Below, one piece after another: positions 48,657 through 56,057 of a DNA stretch of 56,057 bases. A program made the position numbers and the translations under genes. The DNA comes from Candidatus Faecaligallichristensenella faecipullorum (GTDB taxonomy: Bacteria > Bacillota > Clostridia > Christensenellales > Aristaeellaceae): contig DVJW01000036.1 in assembly GCA_018716505.1 (NCBI GenBank), forward strand, positions 1 to 56,057. Reading direction: 5' to 3'. The notes beneath the pieces are model-generated. The model had not been told where the DNA came from, made no database searches, and saw only the letters and a program-made list of their open reading frames with translations. Each line of letters begins with the position of its first letter. Positions within the stretch are counted from its first letter, which is position 1.

Positions 48657-49658
48657 TTATTTCTTCATGGCCTCTTCCACAGCCACAGCCACAGCCACGG
48701 ACGCGCCCACCATGGGGTTGTTGCCCATGCCGATCAGGCCCATCATCTCAACGTGCGCCGGCACAGAAGAGGAGCCCGCGAACTGGGCATCCGAGTGCAT
48801 GCGGCCCATGGTGTCGGTCATGCCGTAAGAGGCGGGGCCGGCGGCCATGTTGTCGGGATGCAGCGTGCGGCCGGTGCCGCCGCCGGAAGCAACGGAGAAA
48901 TACTTCTTGCCCTGTTCCCAGCATTCCTTTTTATAGGTGCCGGCCACCGGATGCTGGAAGCGGGTGGGGTTGGTGGAGTTGCCGGTGATGGAAACGCCAA
49001 CCTTCTCATAGTGCATGATGGCCACGCCCTCGCGCACATCGTCCGCGCCATAGCAGTTGACCTTGGCGCGCTCGCCGTCCGAATAGGACTTGCGGGACAC
49101 GATCTTGAGCTCGCTGGTCTTATAGTCGAACTGGGTCTTCACATAGGTAAAGCCGTTGATACGGCTGATGATCATGGCCGCATCCTTGCCCAGGCCGTTC
49201 AGGATCACGCGCAGCGGCTGCTTGCGAACCTTGTTGGCGTTGCGGGCGATGCCGATGGCGCCCTCGGCGGCGGCGAAGGATTCATGGCCAGCCAGGAAGC
49301 AGAAGCACTCGGTCTCTTCCCTGAGCAGCATGGCGGCCAGATTGCCGTGGCCCAGGCCTACCTTGCGCTGGTCGGCCACAGAACCCGGGATACAGAACGC
49401 CTGCAGGCCCTCGCCGATGCACTCGGCGGCCTCGGCCGCGGTCTTTACGCCCTTCTTCAACGCGATGGCGGCGCCCAACTCGTAGGCCCACTTGGCGTTT
49501 TCAAAGGCAATGGGCTGAATGCCCTCAACGATCTTGTAGGCGTCCACGCCCTTGGAATTGTTATAGGCTTTCAACGCGTCGAAATCGGCGAAGCCATACT
49601 GATCCAGAATGGGCTGGATCTGAGCAATACGTCTCTCGTAACTCTCGAACAGAGCCAT
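48657..49658 (-). CDS. GGGtGRT-family protein (conserved, function unknown)
   Basis: Contains the eponymous ...FSVASGGGTGRTLHPDN... motif. 333 aa. AAGAGGTGA SD 14 nt after the upstream stop. Confidence 0.85.
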   Translation of the reverse strand: MALFESYERRIAQIQPILDQYGFADFDALKAYNNSKGVDAYKIVEGIQPIAFENAKWAYELGAAIALKKGVKTAAEAAECIGEGLQAFCIPGSVADQRKVGLGHGNLAAMLLREETECFCFLAGHESFAAAEGAIGIARNANKVRKQPLRVILNGLGKDAAMIISRINGFTYVKTQFDYKTSELKIVSRKSYSDGERAKVNCYGADDVREGVAIMHYEKVGVSITGNSTNPTRFQHPVAGTYKKECWEQGKKYFSVASGGGTGRTLHPDNMAAGPASYGMTDTMGRMHSDAQFAGSSSVPAHVEMMGLIGMGNNPMVGASVAVAVAVEEAMKK

Positions 49659-49672
49659 TTATGTCACCTCTT

Positions 49673-50365
49673 TTACTGCTTGCGCGGGTCGATGTGCTTG
49701 GGAGCGTCGGCATAGCGGCCGTAGGTGCCGATATTCTTTTCGTAAGCCTCGTTGGGGCTCATGCCCTTCTTGATGGCGTCCATCATCTTGCCCAGGCTTA
49801 CGAATTTGTAGCCGCATACCTGATCGTCCTCGTCCAGGGCGATCTTCAGCACATAGCCCTCGGCCATCTCCAGATAGCGGGTGCCCTTGAGCTTGGTGCC
49901 GTACATGGTGCCCACCTGAGACCTGAGGCCCTTGCCCAGATCTTCCAAGCCCGCGCCGATGGGCAGGCCGTCGTCCGAGAAAGCGGACTGGGTGCGGCCG
50001 TACACGATCTGCAGGAACAGCTCGCGCATGGCGGTGTTGATGGCGTCGCACACCAGGTCGGTGTTCAGCGCTTCCAAAATGGTCTTTCCGGGCAAAATTT
50101 CGGAAGCCATGGCGGCCGAATGGGTCATGCCCGAGCAGCCAATGGTCTCCACCAGCGCCTCTTCAATGATGCCGTTTTTCACATTCAGGGTCAGCTTGCA
50201 GGTGCCCTGCTGGGGCGCGCACCAGCCGATGCCGTGAGTCAGGCCGGAAATATCGGTAATTTCCTTGGCCTGTACCCATTTTCCTTCCTCGGGAATCGGC
50301 GCCGGGCCGTGGTTGGGGCCCTTTGCCACGCAGATCATCTGCTCAACTTCGTGAGAATATTGCAT
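49673..50365 (-). CDS. NifU/IscU N-terminal-domain-like putative Fe-S scaffold protein
   Basis: Start at MQYSHEVEQ (GGGAGGA SD). ...GIGWCAPQQGTCKLTLNVKNGIIEEALVETIGCSGMTHSAAMASEIL.GKT..EAL is an IscU-like pattern. Confidence 0.8.
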   Translation of the reverse strand: MQYSHEVEQMICVAKGPNHGPAPIPEEGKWVQAKEITDISGLTHGIGWCAPQQGTCKLTLNVKNGIIEEALVETIGCSGMTHSAAMASEILPGKTILEALNTDLVCDAINTAMRELFLQIVYGRTQSAFSDDGLPIGAGLEDLGKGLRSQVGTMYGTKLKGTRYLEMAEGYVLKIALDEDDQVCGYKFVSLGKMMDAIKKGMSPNEAYEKNIGTYGRYADAPKHIDPRKQ

Positions 50366-50587
50366 TGTTCGTCCTCCCTTTTCAGGTGATGGTGACTGAG
50401 CCGGGGCTCGCACGGCGGATTTTGACGCCCATATTTGGCCGCGGCATTGCATACGCATTTATTATAACACAAAAAGCCGCTGGATATAAAATCCTGACGT
50501 TTTTTTAACAAAATTCGTACAATGAGGGGAAATAAGGAGGAAAACGAACGGAAAAAGCAGAGTTTTGCGTGTTTTTTCGAATCCGGC

Positions 50588-50616
50588 TTGCAAAACCGTG
50601 CGCTTTCCCGTACAAT
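50588..50616 (+). promoter_or_regulatory. Promoter of the aconitase-family hydratase gene
   Basis: TTGCAA (50588-93), 17 nt, TACAAT (50611-16). Confidence 0.55.
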
Positions 50617-50660
50617 CTTTTATATAAACCAAAACGGCCAACTTTGGAGGGAAGAACGAT

Positions 50661-52895
50661 ATGGTAACGCTTATAAAGGAAAGCATGAAATACACAGACG
50701 GCCGCCTGGTGCCTTCTCAGCAGGGCGACCGGGGGGGCAGCATGGCCATGCGCATATTGGAAAAGCATAATATCGCCCGGGACGGAGCGGGCATGCGCAT
50801 CCGCTTTGACGCCATGGCCTCCCATGACATCACCTATGTGGGTATCATTCAGACCGCCCGGGCCAGCGGCATGAAGGAATTTCCGCTGCCCTATGTGCTC
50901 ACCAACTGTCACAACAGCCTGTGCGCGGTGGGCGGTACCATCAACGAGGACGACCATCAGTTCGGCCTTTCGGCGGCCAAGAAATACGGCGGTATCTATG
51001 TGCCCGCCCATCAGGCGGTCATCCATCAGTACATGCGCGAATGCTGGGCCGGCTGCGGCAAGATGATCCTGGGCTCGGACAGCCATACCCGCTACGGCGC
51101 GCTGGGTTGCATGGGCGTGGGCGAGGGCGGCCCGGAGCTGGTCAAGCAGCTGCTCAAAAAGACCTATGATATCGCCAGGCCCCAGGTGGTGGCGGTGTAC
51201 CTCACCGGCGCGCCCAGGCGTGGGGTGGGCCCCCAGGATGTGGCGCTGGCCATCATCAAAGCGGTCTTTGGGTGCGGCTTTGTGAAAAATAAGGTCATGG
51301 AGTTCATGGGCCCGGGCGTGGAAGGATTGAGCGTGGAGTACCGCAGCGGCATTGATGTCATGACCACCGAGACCACCTGTTTAAGCTCCATTTGGACCAC
51401 CGACGAAAAGGTGAGGGATTATCTAAAGCTCCATGGCCGCGAGGAGGATTATCAGCCTTTGGCGCCCGAGGAAGGGGCGCTGTACGACGGAGCGGTGATG
51501 GTGGAGTTGGACAAGGTGGAGCCCATGATCGCGCTGCCCTTCCATCCCAGCAATGCCTGCACCATCCGCGAATTCATTCAAAACGCGCCGGAGCTGCTGA
51601 AGAAGGTGGAGGATACCGCCAGCGGAATGGTCAGCAAGGGCAAGGTGCCGGATTTGAAGGCCAAGATCAAACCGGACGGGGTTTATATCGAGCAGGGCGT
51701 GATTGCGGGCTGCTCAGGCGGCACCTACGAAAATCTGATGACTGCGGCCGACATCCTGGAGGACGCCAGCATTGGAGACGATGTGTTCTCCTTGAGCCTG
51801 TATCCGGCCAGCCAGCCCCAGTACTTGGCGCTGATTCAGAGTGGAGCCGCGGCCAGGCTCATGAAAACCGGAGCCACTTTGCGCTCGGCCTTTTGCGGCC
51901 CTTGCTTCGGGGCGGGCGACGTGCCCTCCAATGGCGCGCTCTCCATCCGCCATACCACCCGCAACTTCCCCAGCCGCGAGGGTTCCAAGCCGGGCGAGGG
52001 ACAGATTTCCTATGTGGCGCTCATGGACGCCCGTTCCATCGCGGCCACCGCGCGCAATGGCGGCAAGTTGACGCCTGCGGATGAGGTGGATTGGGTGGAC
52101 AGCGATCACAGCTATTCCTTTGACGCCTCGGTGTACGCCAACCGGGTATACAACGGATGGGGCAAGGCGCAACAGGATTTGCCCTTGGTGTTTGGCCCCA
52201 ACATTGCCGACTGGCCGGAAATGATCCGGCTGCCGGAGAACCTGGTGCTGGAGGTGGCTTCCTCCATATTGGATCCGGTGACCACCACGGATGAGCTGAT
52301 TCCCTCGGGCGAAACCTCCTCTTATCGCTCCAACCCGCTGCGCCTGGCCGAATTCGCCCTTTCCCGCAAGGATCCGGGCTATGTGGGCCGGGCAAAGGCC
52401 ATTCAGCGGATGGAGAACAGCCGGCGCGCCTTCCTCGCGGGCGGGTCTTTGGATCAGGAGGCCCGGGAAATGCTGAGCTTAACCGGCAAAGAGGCGGAGC
52501 AGGCCGCCCGGGATACCGGATTGGGTTCGCTGGTATTCGCCCTGAAGCCCGGCGACGGTTCGGCCCGGGAACAGGCCGCCAGCTGCCAGCGGGTGCTGGG
52601 CGGATGCGCCAATGTGGCCGCCGAGTATGCCACCAAGCGCTATCGCTCCAATGTGGTGAATTGGGGCATGCTGCCCTTTATCATGAAGGATGCCGCCGCG
52701 TCTCCCCTTCAGGTGGGCGATAAACTGCTGTTGATGGGCATTAAAAGAGCGCTGGAGCAGGGCGGCGAGCACATTTGCGCGACCTTAATCCGCAATGGTG
52801 AGCGGCGTGAGATCGCCCTGGAATTGCCCGCCATAACCAAGGACGAGCGGGATATTTTGCTGGCGGGATGCCTGATCAATTACTACGCTGAATAG
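50661..52895 (+). CDS. Aconitase-family (4Fe-4S) hydratase, 744 aa
   Basis: ...[11 protein letters not shown]... and ...[10 protein letters not shown]... (aconitase Cys-ligand and catalytic motifs) plus a C-terminal swivel domain. GGAGGGAAG SD before 50661. Confidence 0.8.
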   Translation: MVTLIKESMKYTDGRLVPSQQGDRGGSMAMRILEKHNIARDGAGMRIRFDAMASHDITYVGIIQTARASGMKEFPLPYVLTNCHNSLCAVGGTINEDDHQFGLSAAKKYGGIYVPAHQAVIHQYMRECWAGCGKMILGSDSHTRYGALGCMGVGEGGPELVKQLLKKTYDIARPQVVAVYLTGAPRRGVGPQDVALAIIKAVFGCGFVKNKVMEFMGPGVEGLSVEYRSGIDVMTTETTCLSSIWTTDEKVRDYLKLHGREEDYQPLAPEEGALYDGAVMVELDKVEPMIALPFHPSNACTIREFIQNAPELLKKVEDTASGMVSKGKVPDLKAKIKPDGVYIEQGVIAGCSGGTYENLMTAADILEDASIGDDVFSLSLYPASQPQYLALIQSGAAARLMKTGATLRSAFCGPCFGAGDVPSNGALSIRHTTRNFPSREGSKPGEGQISYVALMDARSIAATARNGGKLTPADEVDWVDSDHSYSFDASVYANRVYNGWGKAQQDLPLVFGPNIADWPEMIRLPENLVLEVASSILDPVTTTDELIPSGETSSYRSNPLRLAEFALSRKDPGYVGRAKAIQRMENSRRAFLAGGSLDQEAREMLSLTGKEAEQAARDTGLGSLVFALKPGDGSAREQAASCQRVLGGCANVAAEYATKRYRSNVVNWGMLPFIMKDAAASPLQVGDKLLLMGIKRALEQGGEHICATLIRNGERREIALELPAITKDERDILLAGCLINYYAE

Positions 52896-52913
52896 GCGTG
52901 TAACGATGAATTT

Positions 52914-52957
52914 ACCGGCTTTTTTGTCCGACGAAAGGTCAAAGAAGCCGGTTTTTT
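52914..52957 (+). terminator. Rho-independent terminator
   Basis: ACCGGCTT...AAGCCGGT stem with extra internal pairs, followed by TTTTT. Confidence 0.75.
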
Positions 52958-53125
52958 GAAAAGTTCATGAGACAAGGAACCGGCAATTGTGGATATAACA
53001 CAATATATTGCGAAGAAATTGTGAGCAATTGCGTCGATTCTTTGAAAAATGCGATTTGGGTCTGGAAGTCCAGGTAAAGATGTTGTATAATGGAAGCAGC
53101 AAAAGAAGTAAGGAGGCGACCCCTC

Positions 53126-53536
53126 ATGATTCAGGTAATTATGGGTAAAAAGGGAAGCGGGAAGACCAAGCGTCTGATCGATCAGGCCAATGACGCGCTG
53201 AAAGTGGAGCACGGCAGCGTGGTCTTTATCGACGATGATACGCGGTACATGTACGACCTGCGCCATGAGATCCGCTTTGTGGACGCCAGCGATTACAAAA
53301 TCGCTTCGGCCGATATGTTTTATGGTTTCGTCAGCGGCATGCTGTCCATGAATTTTGATATCTCCGTTATCTTTGTGGATGCTTTCGTGAAGATGGTCAA
53401 TGCGGATATGAAGACCATGGAACCATTCTTTGCCCGACTGGAAGAGCTGAGCAAGGCTCGCAACGTGAACTTCGTCATCAGCATCAGCGGCGATCCGGCC
53501 GAGCTTCCGGAGTTTATCACGCGTTACGCGATCTGA
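53126..53536 (+). CDS. Minimal stand-alone P-loop NTPase (136 aa), function unknown
   Basis: MIQVIMGKKGSGKTKRLI (Walker A); ISVIFVDAF (Walker-B-like hhhhD). AAGGAGG SD. Lies 42 nt upstream of thrC. Confidence 0.65.
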   Translation: MIQVIMGKKGSGKTKRLIDQANDALKVEHGSVVFIDDDTRYMYDLRHEIRFVDASDYKIASADMFYGFVSGMLSMNFDISVIFVDAFVKMVNADMKTMEPFFARLEELSKARNVNFVISISGDPAELPEFITRYAI

Positions 53537-53578
53537 CGGACAAAGAGGAAACCCATTACAAAATACGGAGTGTAGTAT

Positions 53579-55069
53579 ATGCATTATGTGAGCACGCGCG
53601 AAGGGAAAGCTGCTTTTTCCGCCGCGCAGGCCATTGTAAGGGGTATCTCCGAGGAAGGCGGGCTGTTTGTGCCTGCCTTCTTTCCGCATATGGGGCTGGA
53701 TGAAATTGGCGCCATGGTGCAAAAGAGCTATCAGGAGCGGGCCTGCGTTATTTTGGGAAAATTTTTGACGGATTTTTCGGCGGAACAGATCCGGAAAATG
53801 GTGGAGGCGGCCTATGGCAGCGGCTTCGATGCCCCGGAGGTTGTTCCCGTGCGGGAGATCGATAAGGGGCGGGCGGTGGCCGAGCTTTGGCACGGGCCCA
53901 CGTTGGCCTTTAAGGATATGGCGCTTCAGCTTCTGCCACATTTGATGACCGCTTCGGCGGCTCAGGTGGGGGAAAGGCGGGAAATTGTCATACTGGCCGC
54001 CACCTCAGGGGATACCGGCAAGGCGGCTTTGGAGGGTTTCGCCGACGTAAAGGGCACGCAATGCGTGGTGTTTTATCCCAAGGAGGGGGTTTCCCAGGCC
54101 CAGCGGCTTCAGATGGTGACCCAGGAGGGGAAAAACACCCATGTGATCGCGGTGCGCGGCAATTTCGACGACGCCCAGGCCGGGGTTAAACGCATTTTCG
54201 GCGACCCGGAAGCCAGGGATTGGATGAACCAACAGGGCAAGGTGTTTAGCTCGGCCAATTCCATCAACTGGGGCCGGTTGGCGCCGCAACTGGTCTATTA
54301 TTTCTCGGCCTATGTGGATCAGGTCCGGCAGGGGCGGATTGAGCTGGGGGATGAGCTGAACTTTGTGGTGCCCACCGGAAACTTCGGCAACATTCTGGCT
54401 GCGGTTTATGCCCGGAACATGGGGCTGCCCATAGGCAGGTTGATTTGCGCCAGCAATCGCAACCGGGTGCTGGCCGATTTCCTGAAAGACGGGGTGTATG
54501 ACGCCCGGCGGGCGTTTTATCAGACCACGTCGCCCTCGATGGATATTTTGATTTCCTCCAATCTGGAGCGCATGCTGTTCGAAATCAGCGGACGCGAGGT
54601 TGCCCAGGTAAACGAATGGATGGAATCGCTCAGAACAAAGGGGCGGTATGAGGTCAGTGGCCAGGCGCTGGATGCGTTGAAGGCGCTGATTTGGGGCGGA
54701 TGGGCCGGGGATCAGGCAGTTTCCGAGACCATCAGTCAGACCTGGAAGCGGTGGGGCTATCTGACCGATCCCCATACCGCGGTGGCGCTCAATGTGCATC
54801 GTCAATATGTCGAGGCCACGGGCGATGAGCGGCAAGCGGTGATTATGTCCACCGCCAGCCCCTTCAAGTTCGGAAAGACCGTGCTGGAAGCCATCGAAGG
54901 GGGCGTTCAGGCTCAGGACGATTTCGAATGTTGCCGGTTCTTGAGCCAAAAGACCGGCTGGGTGCTGCCCAAGGCCATTGCGGAGTTGCCGGGCAAGCCG
55001 GTGCGCCATCGCGCCGAGTGCGAGCCGGGGGATATGATGGACGCGGTGAAGCGGGCGATGGAGGAATAG
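53579..55069 (+). CDS. thrC: Threonine synthase (long form)
   Basis: MHYVSTR...GPTLAFKDMALQ (PLP-lysine motif) ...ATSGDTGKAA.... Confidence 0.95.
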   Translation: MHYVSTREGKAAFSAAQAIVRGISEEGGLFVPAFFPHMGLDEIGAMVQKSYQERACVILGKFLTDFSAEQIRKMVEAAYGSGFDAPEVVPVREIDKGRAVAELWHGPTLAFKDMALQLLPHLMTASAAQVGERREIVILAATSGDTGKAALEGFADVKGTQCVVFYPKEGVSQAQRLQMVTQEGKNTHVIAVRGNFDDAQAGVKRIFGDPEARDWMNQQGKVFSSANSINWGRLAPQLVYYFSAYVDQVRQGRIELGDELNFVVPTGNFGNILAAVYARNMGLPIGRLICASNRNRVLADFLKDGVYDARRAFYQTTSPSMDILISSNLERMLFEISGREVAQVNEWMESLRTKGRYEVSGQALDALKALIWGGWAGDQAVSETISQTWKRWGYLTDPHTAVALNVHRQYVEATGDERQAVIMSTASPFKFGKTVLEAIEGGVQAQDDFECCRFLSQKTGWVLPKAIAELPGKPVRHRAECEPGDMMDAVKRAMEE

Positions 55070-55083
55070 GCATTATGACAGAA

Positions 55084-55125
55084 AACCGGGCTGAAAAGCG
55101 GAGGACTTTTCGGCTCGGTTTTTTT
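55084..55125 (+). terminator. thrC terminator
   Basis: 15-bp stem AACCGGGCTGAAAAG / CTTTTCGGCTCGGTT (two G-U pairs) followed by TTTTT. Confidence 0.8.
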
Positions 55126-55336
55126 CGGAATGGCAGAGTGGGGATGGGCGGTTTGGGAGGGGGAGAGGAAAAGGATCATTTATCGAATCATCACCATACT
55201 CTTTATGGCAATGGTGCTGTTCGATTTGCTGGTCATGATTGTCATCCCCTTTGAGCATTTATAAATGCATTGAATGCGCACAACAGTTCGTTTCAATATG
55301 GGATGACCGGCAGGCCGGTGCGCCGTCTTCCGGCTG

Positions 55337-55387
55337 AAAAAATGAAGGATCGGATTCTTATCAAAGCGATGTATGTATCCGATCCTT
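55337..55387 (-). terminator. Terminator of the MFS transporter gene
   Basis: Minus strand: AAGGATCGGAT-loop-ATCCGATCCTT followed by CATTTTTTC. Confidence 0.7.
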
Positions 55388-55440
55388 TATTCAATTGAGT
55401 TTTTTTGAATCCCCGTCCCAGAGATCCTGTTTTCCCGCGC

Positions 55441-56057
55441 TCAGGCGCTCTGTTCTTCCTCCACTTGCGGCTCCTGGATACGGCCAATGATCAGCATGGC
55501 CGTGACAAACAACAGGAAGGTGAAGACAAAGGGCAGACGGCGATCCATGCTGGAGAGCCATCCGGCCAAATACCCAAAGGGAGAGGAGAAGGCGATGGTG
55601 GAGGCCATGATCAGGGCATTCAGGCGCGCCCGCTCCTGGGAGGTGATATTCAGTTGGAGCAGCGCGTCTTTGCGCGGATTGACCAGCGCAGCGGCCACGG
55701 CGGCAACCAGTACATAGAGCAGCACAAATCCCAGACTGTCCGCGGGGGAGAAGACCAGCACCAAGGCCGCCGCAGCGTACAGGGCCAGACCGATCCATAG
55801 CGGAAGGCGGAATTTCGTGGCGTTCATGCGGTGTTGAAATCCTACCATGAAGACCAGCATGACAGCGGCGTTCAAAATGGGGAACAGCGCCAAAAAGTTT
55901 TCCGAAAGACCCAGACGTTGCGTCACATACAGGCCGAAAAAGTTCGTACTCACCATGTTGGTGATATACAGGATTACCGAGACAGCCACGGCTTTGAGAA
56001 CGCTCCTGTTCTTCAGCAGGCTGGGGATCAACTGGCGATATTCTCCCAGCATGTGGG
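55441..56057 (-). CDS. MFS transporter, C-terminal half (the gene starts beyond the right edge)
   Basis: Six hydrophobic helices (...LYITNMVSTNFFGLYV..., ...PILNAAVMLVFMVGF...). The ORF stays open to the window end, so the track start M is internal. Confidence 0.75.
   Translation of the reverse strand, partial: HMLGEYRQLIPSLLKNRSVLKAVAVSVILYITNMVSTNFFGLYVTQRLGLSENFLALFPILNAAVMLVFMVGFQHRMNATKFRLPLWIGLALYAAAALVLVFSPADSLGFVLLYVLVAAVAAALVNPRKDALLQLNITSQERARLNALIMASTIAFSSPFGYLAGWLSSMDRRLPFVFTFLLFVTAMLIIGRIQEPQVEEEQSA

Noticed and set aside
48678-48698. (CACAGC)3 hexanucleotide tandem repeat.
   Set aside because: It is in frame and encodes the AVAVAV tail of the GGGtGRT protein. It is too short to be a contingency locus, and slippage would remain in frame.
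48753-50389. Plus-strand ORFs 48753..49715 and 49661..50389.
   Set aside because: They are shadows of the GGGtGRT and NifU-like genes, and their products are Gly/Ala/Leu low-complexity.
55130-55264. 44-codon ORF (MAEWGWAVWEGERKRIIYRIITILFMAMVLFDLLVMIVIPFEHL) encoding one hydrophobic helix, downstream of thrC.
   Set aside because: The ATG sits directly on the thrC terminator U-tract with no SD. The strong GGGAGGGGGAGAGGAAAAGG purine run lies inside the ORF, followed only by ATC/ATT codons. It could be a small membrane peptide, but the evidence is insufficient to call it.

Overview
High-GC (about 60%) Firmicutes/Clostridia-type chromosome segment from a probable spore-former (spoVAC-AD-AEb present). 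I found no rRNA or tRNA genes and no intact mobile element. Most of the window (about 4.3-30.5 kb) is core genome. It reproduces the classic Bacillus/Clostridium synteny: rsmD-coaD, yerC-pcrA-ligA, then yloC(yicC)-remA-gmk-rpoZ-coaBC-priA-def-fmt-rsmB-rlmN-stp-prkC-rsgA-rpe, rpmB, asp23-yloV, recG. After that come a GH36 alpha-galactosidase, a SAM methyltransferase, the spoVA operon, comEC-holA-traX, a MarR/redox operon, lrgAB, nadABC-niaR, a NifU-like/GGGtGRT pair, an aconitase-family hydratase, thrC and a truncated MFS gene. Five places are not ordinary. (1) At 1-3875, a tightly coupled minus-strand operon encodes a Zn-ribbon/HARP-like protein, an SNF2 ATPase, an orphan 313-aa protein and a PP-loop PAPS-reductase-like enzyme. 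It is cut by the left edge and looks like the end of an island, prophage or DNA-modification module. (2) At 28236-28520, between yloV and recG, a 28-bp direct repeat brackets eight back-to-back near-perfect hairpins. This could be a structured RNA or a miniature inserted element. (3) At 47453-47776 there is an orphan type I-E-like CRISPR mini-array (leader promoter, one repeat, one 32-nt spacer, one degenerate repeat), with no cas genes anywhere in the window. (4) At 47794-48522 there is an exported protein with eight DnaJ-type CxxCxGxG zinc-finger motifs. (5) The conserved but uncharacterised NifU-like + GGGtGRT pair lies divergent from an Fe-S hydratase. All calls come from reading the sequence and ORF translations only; no database search was run.
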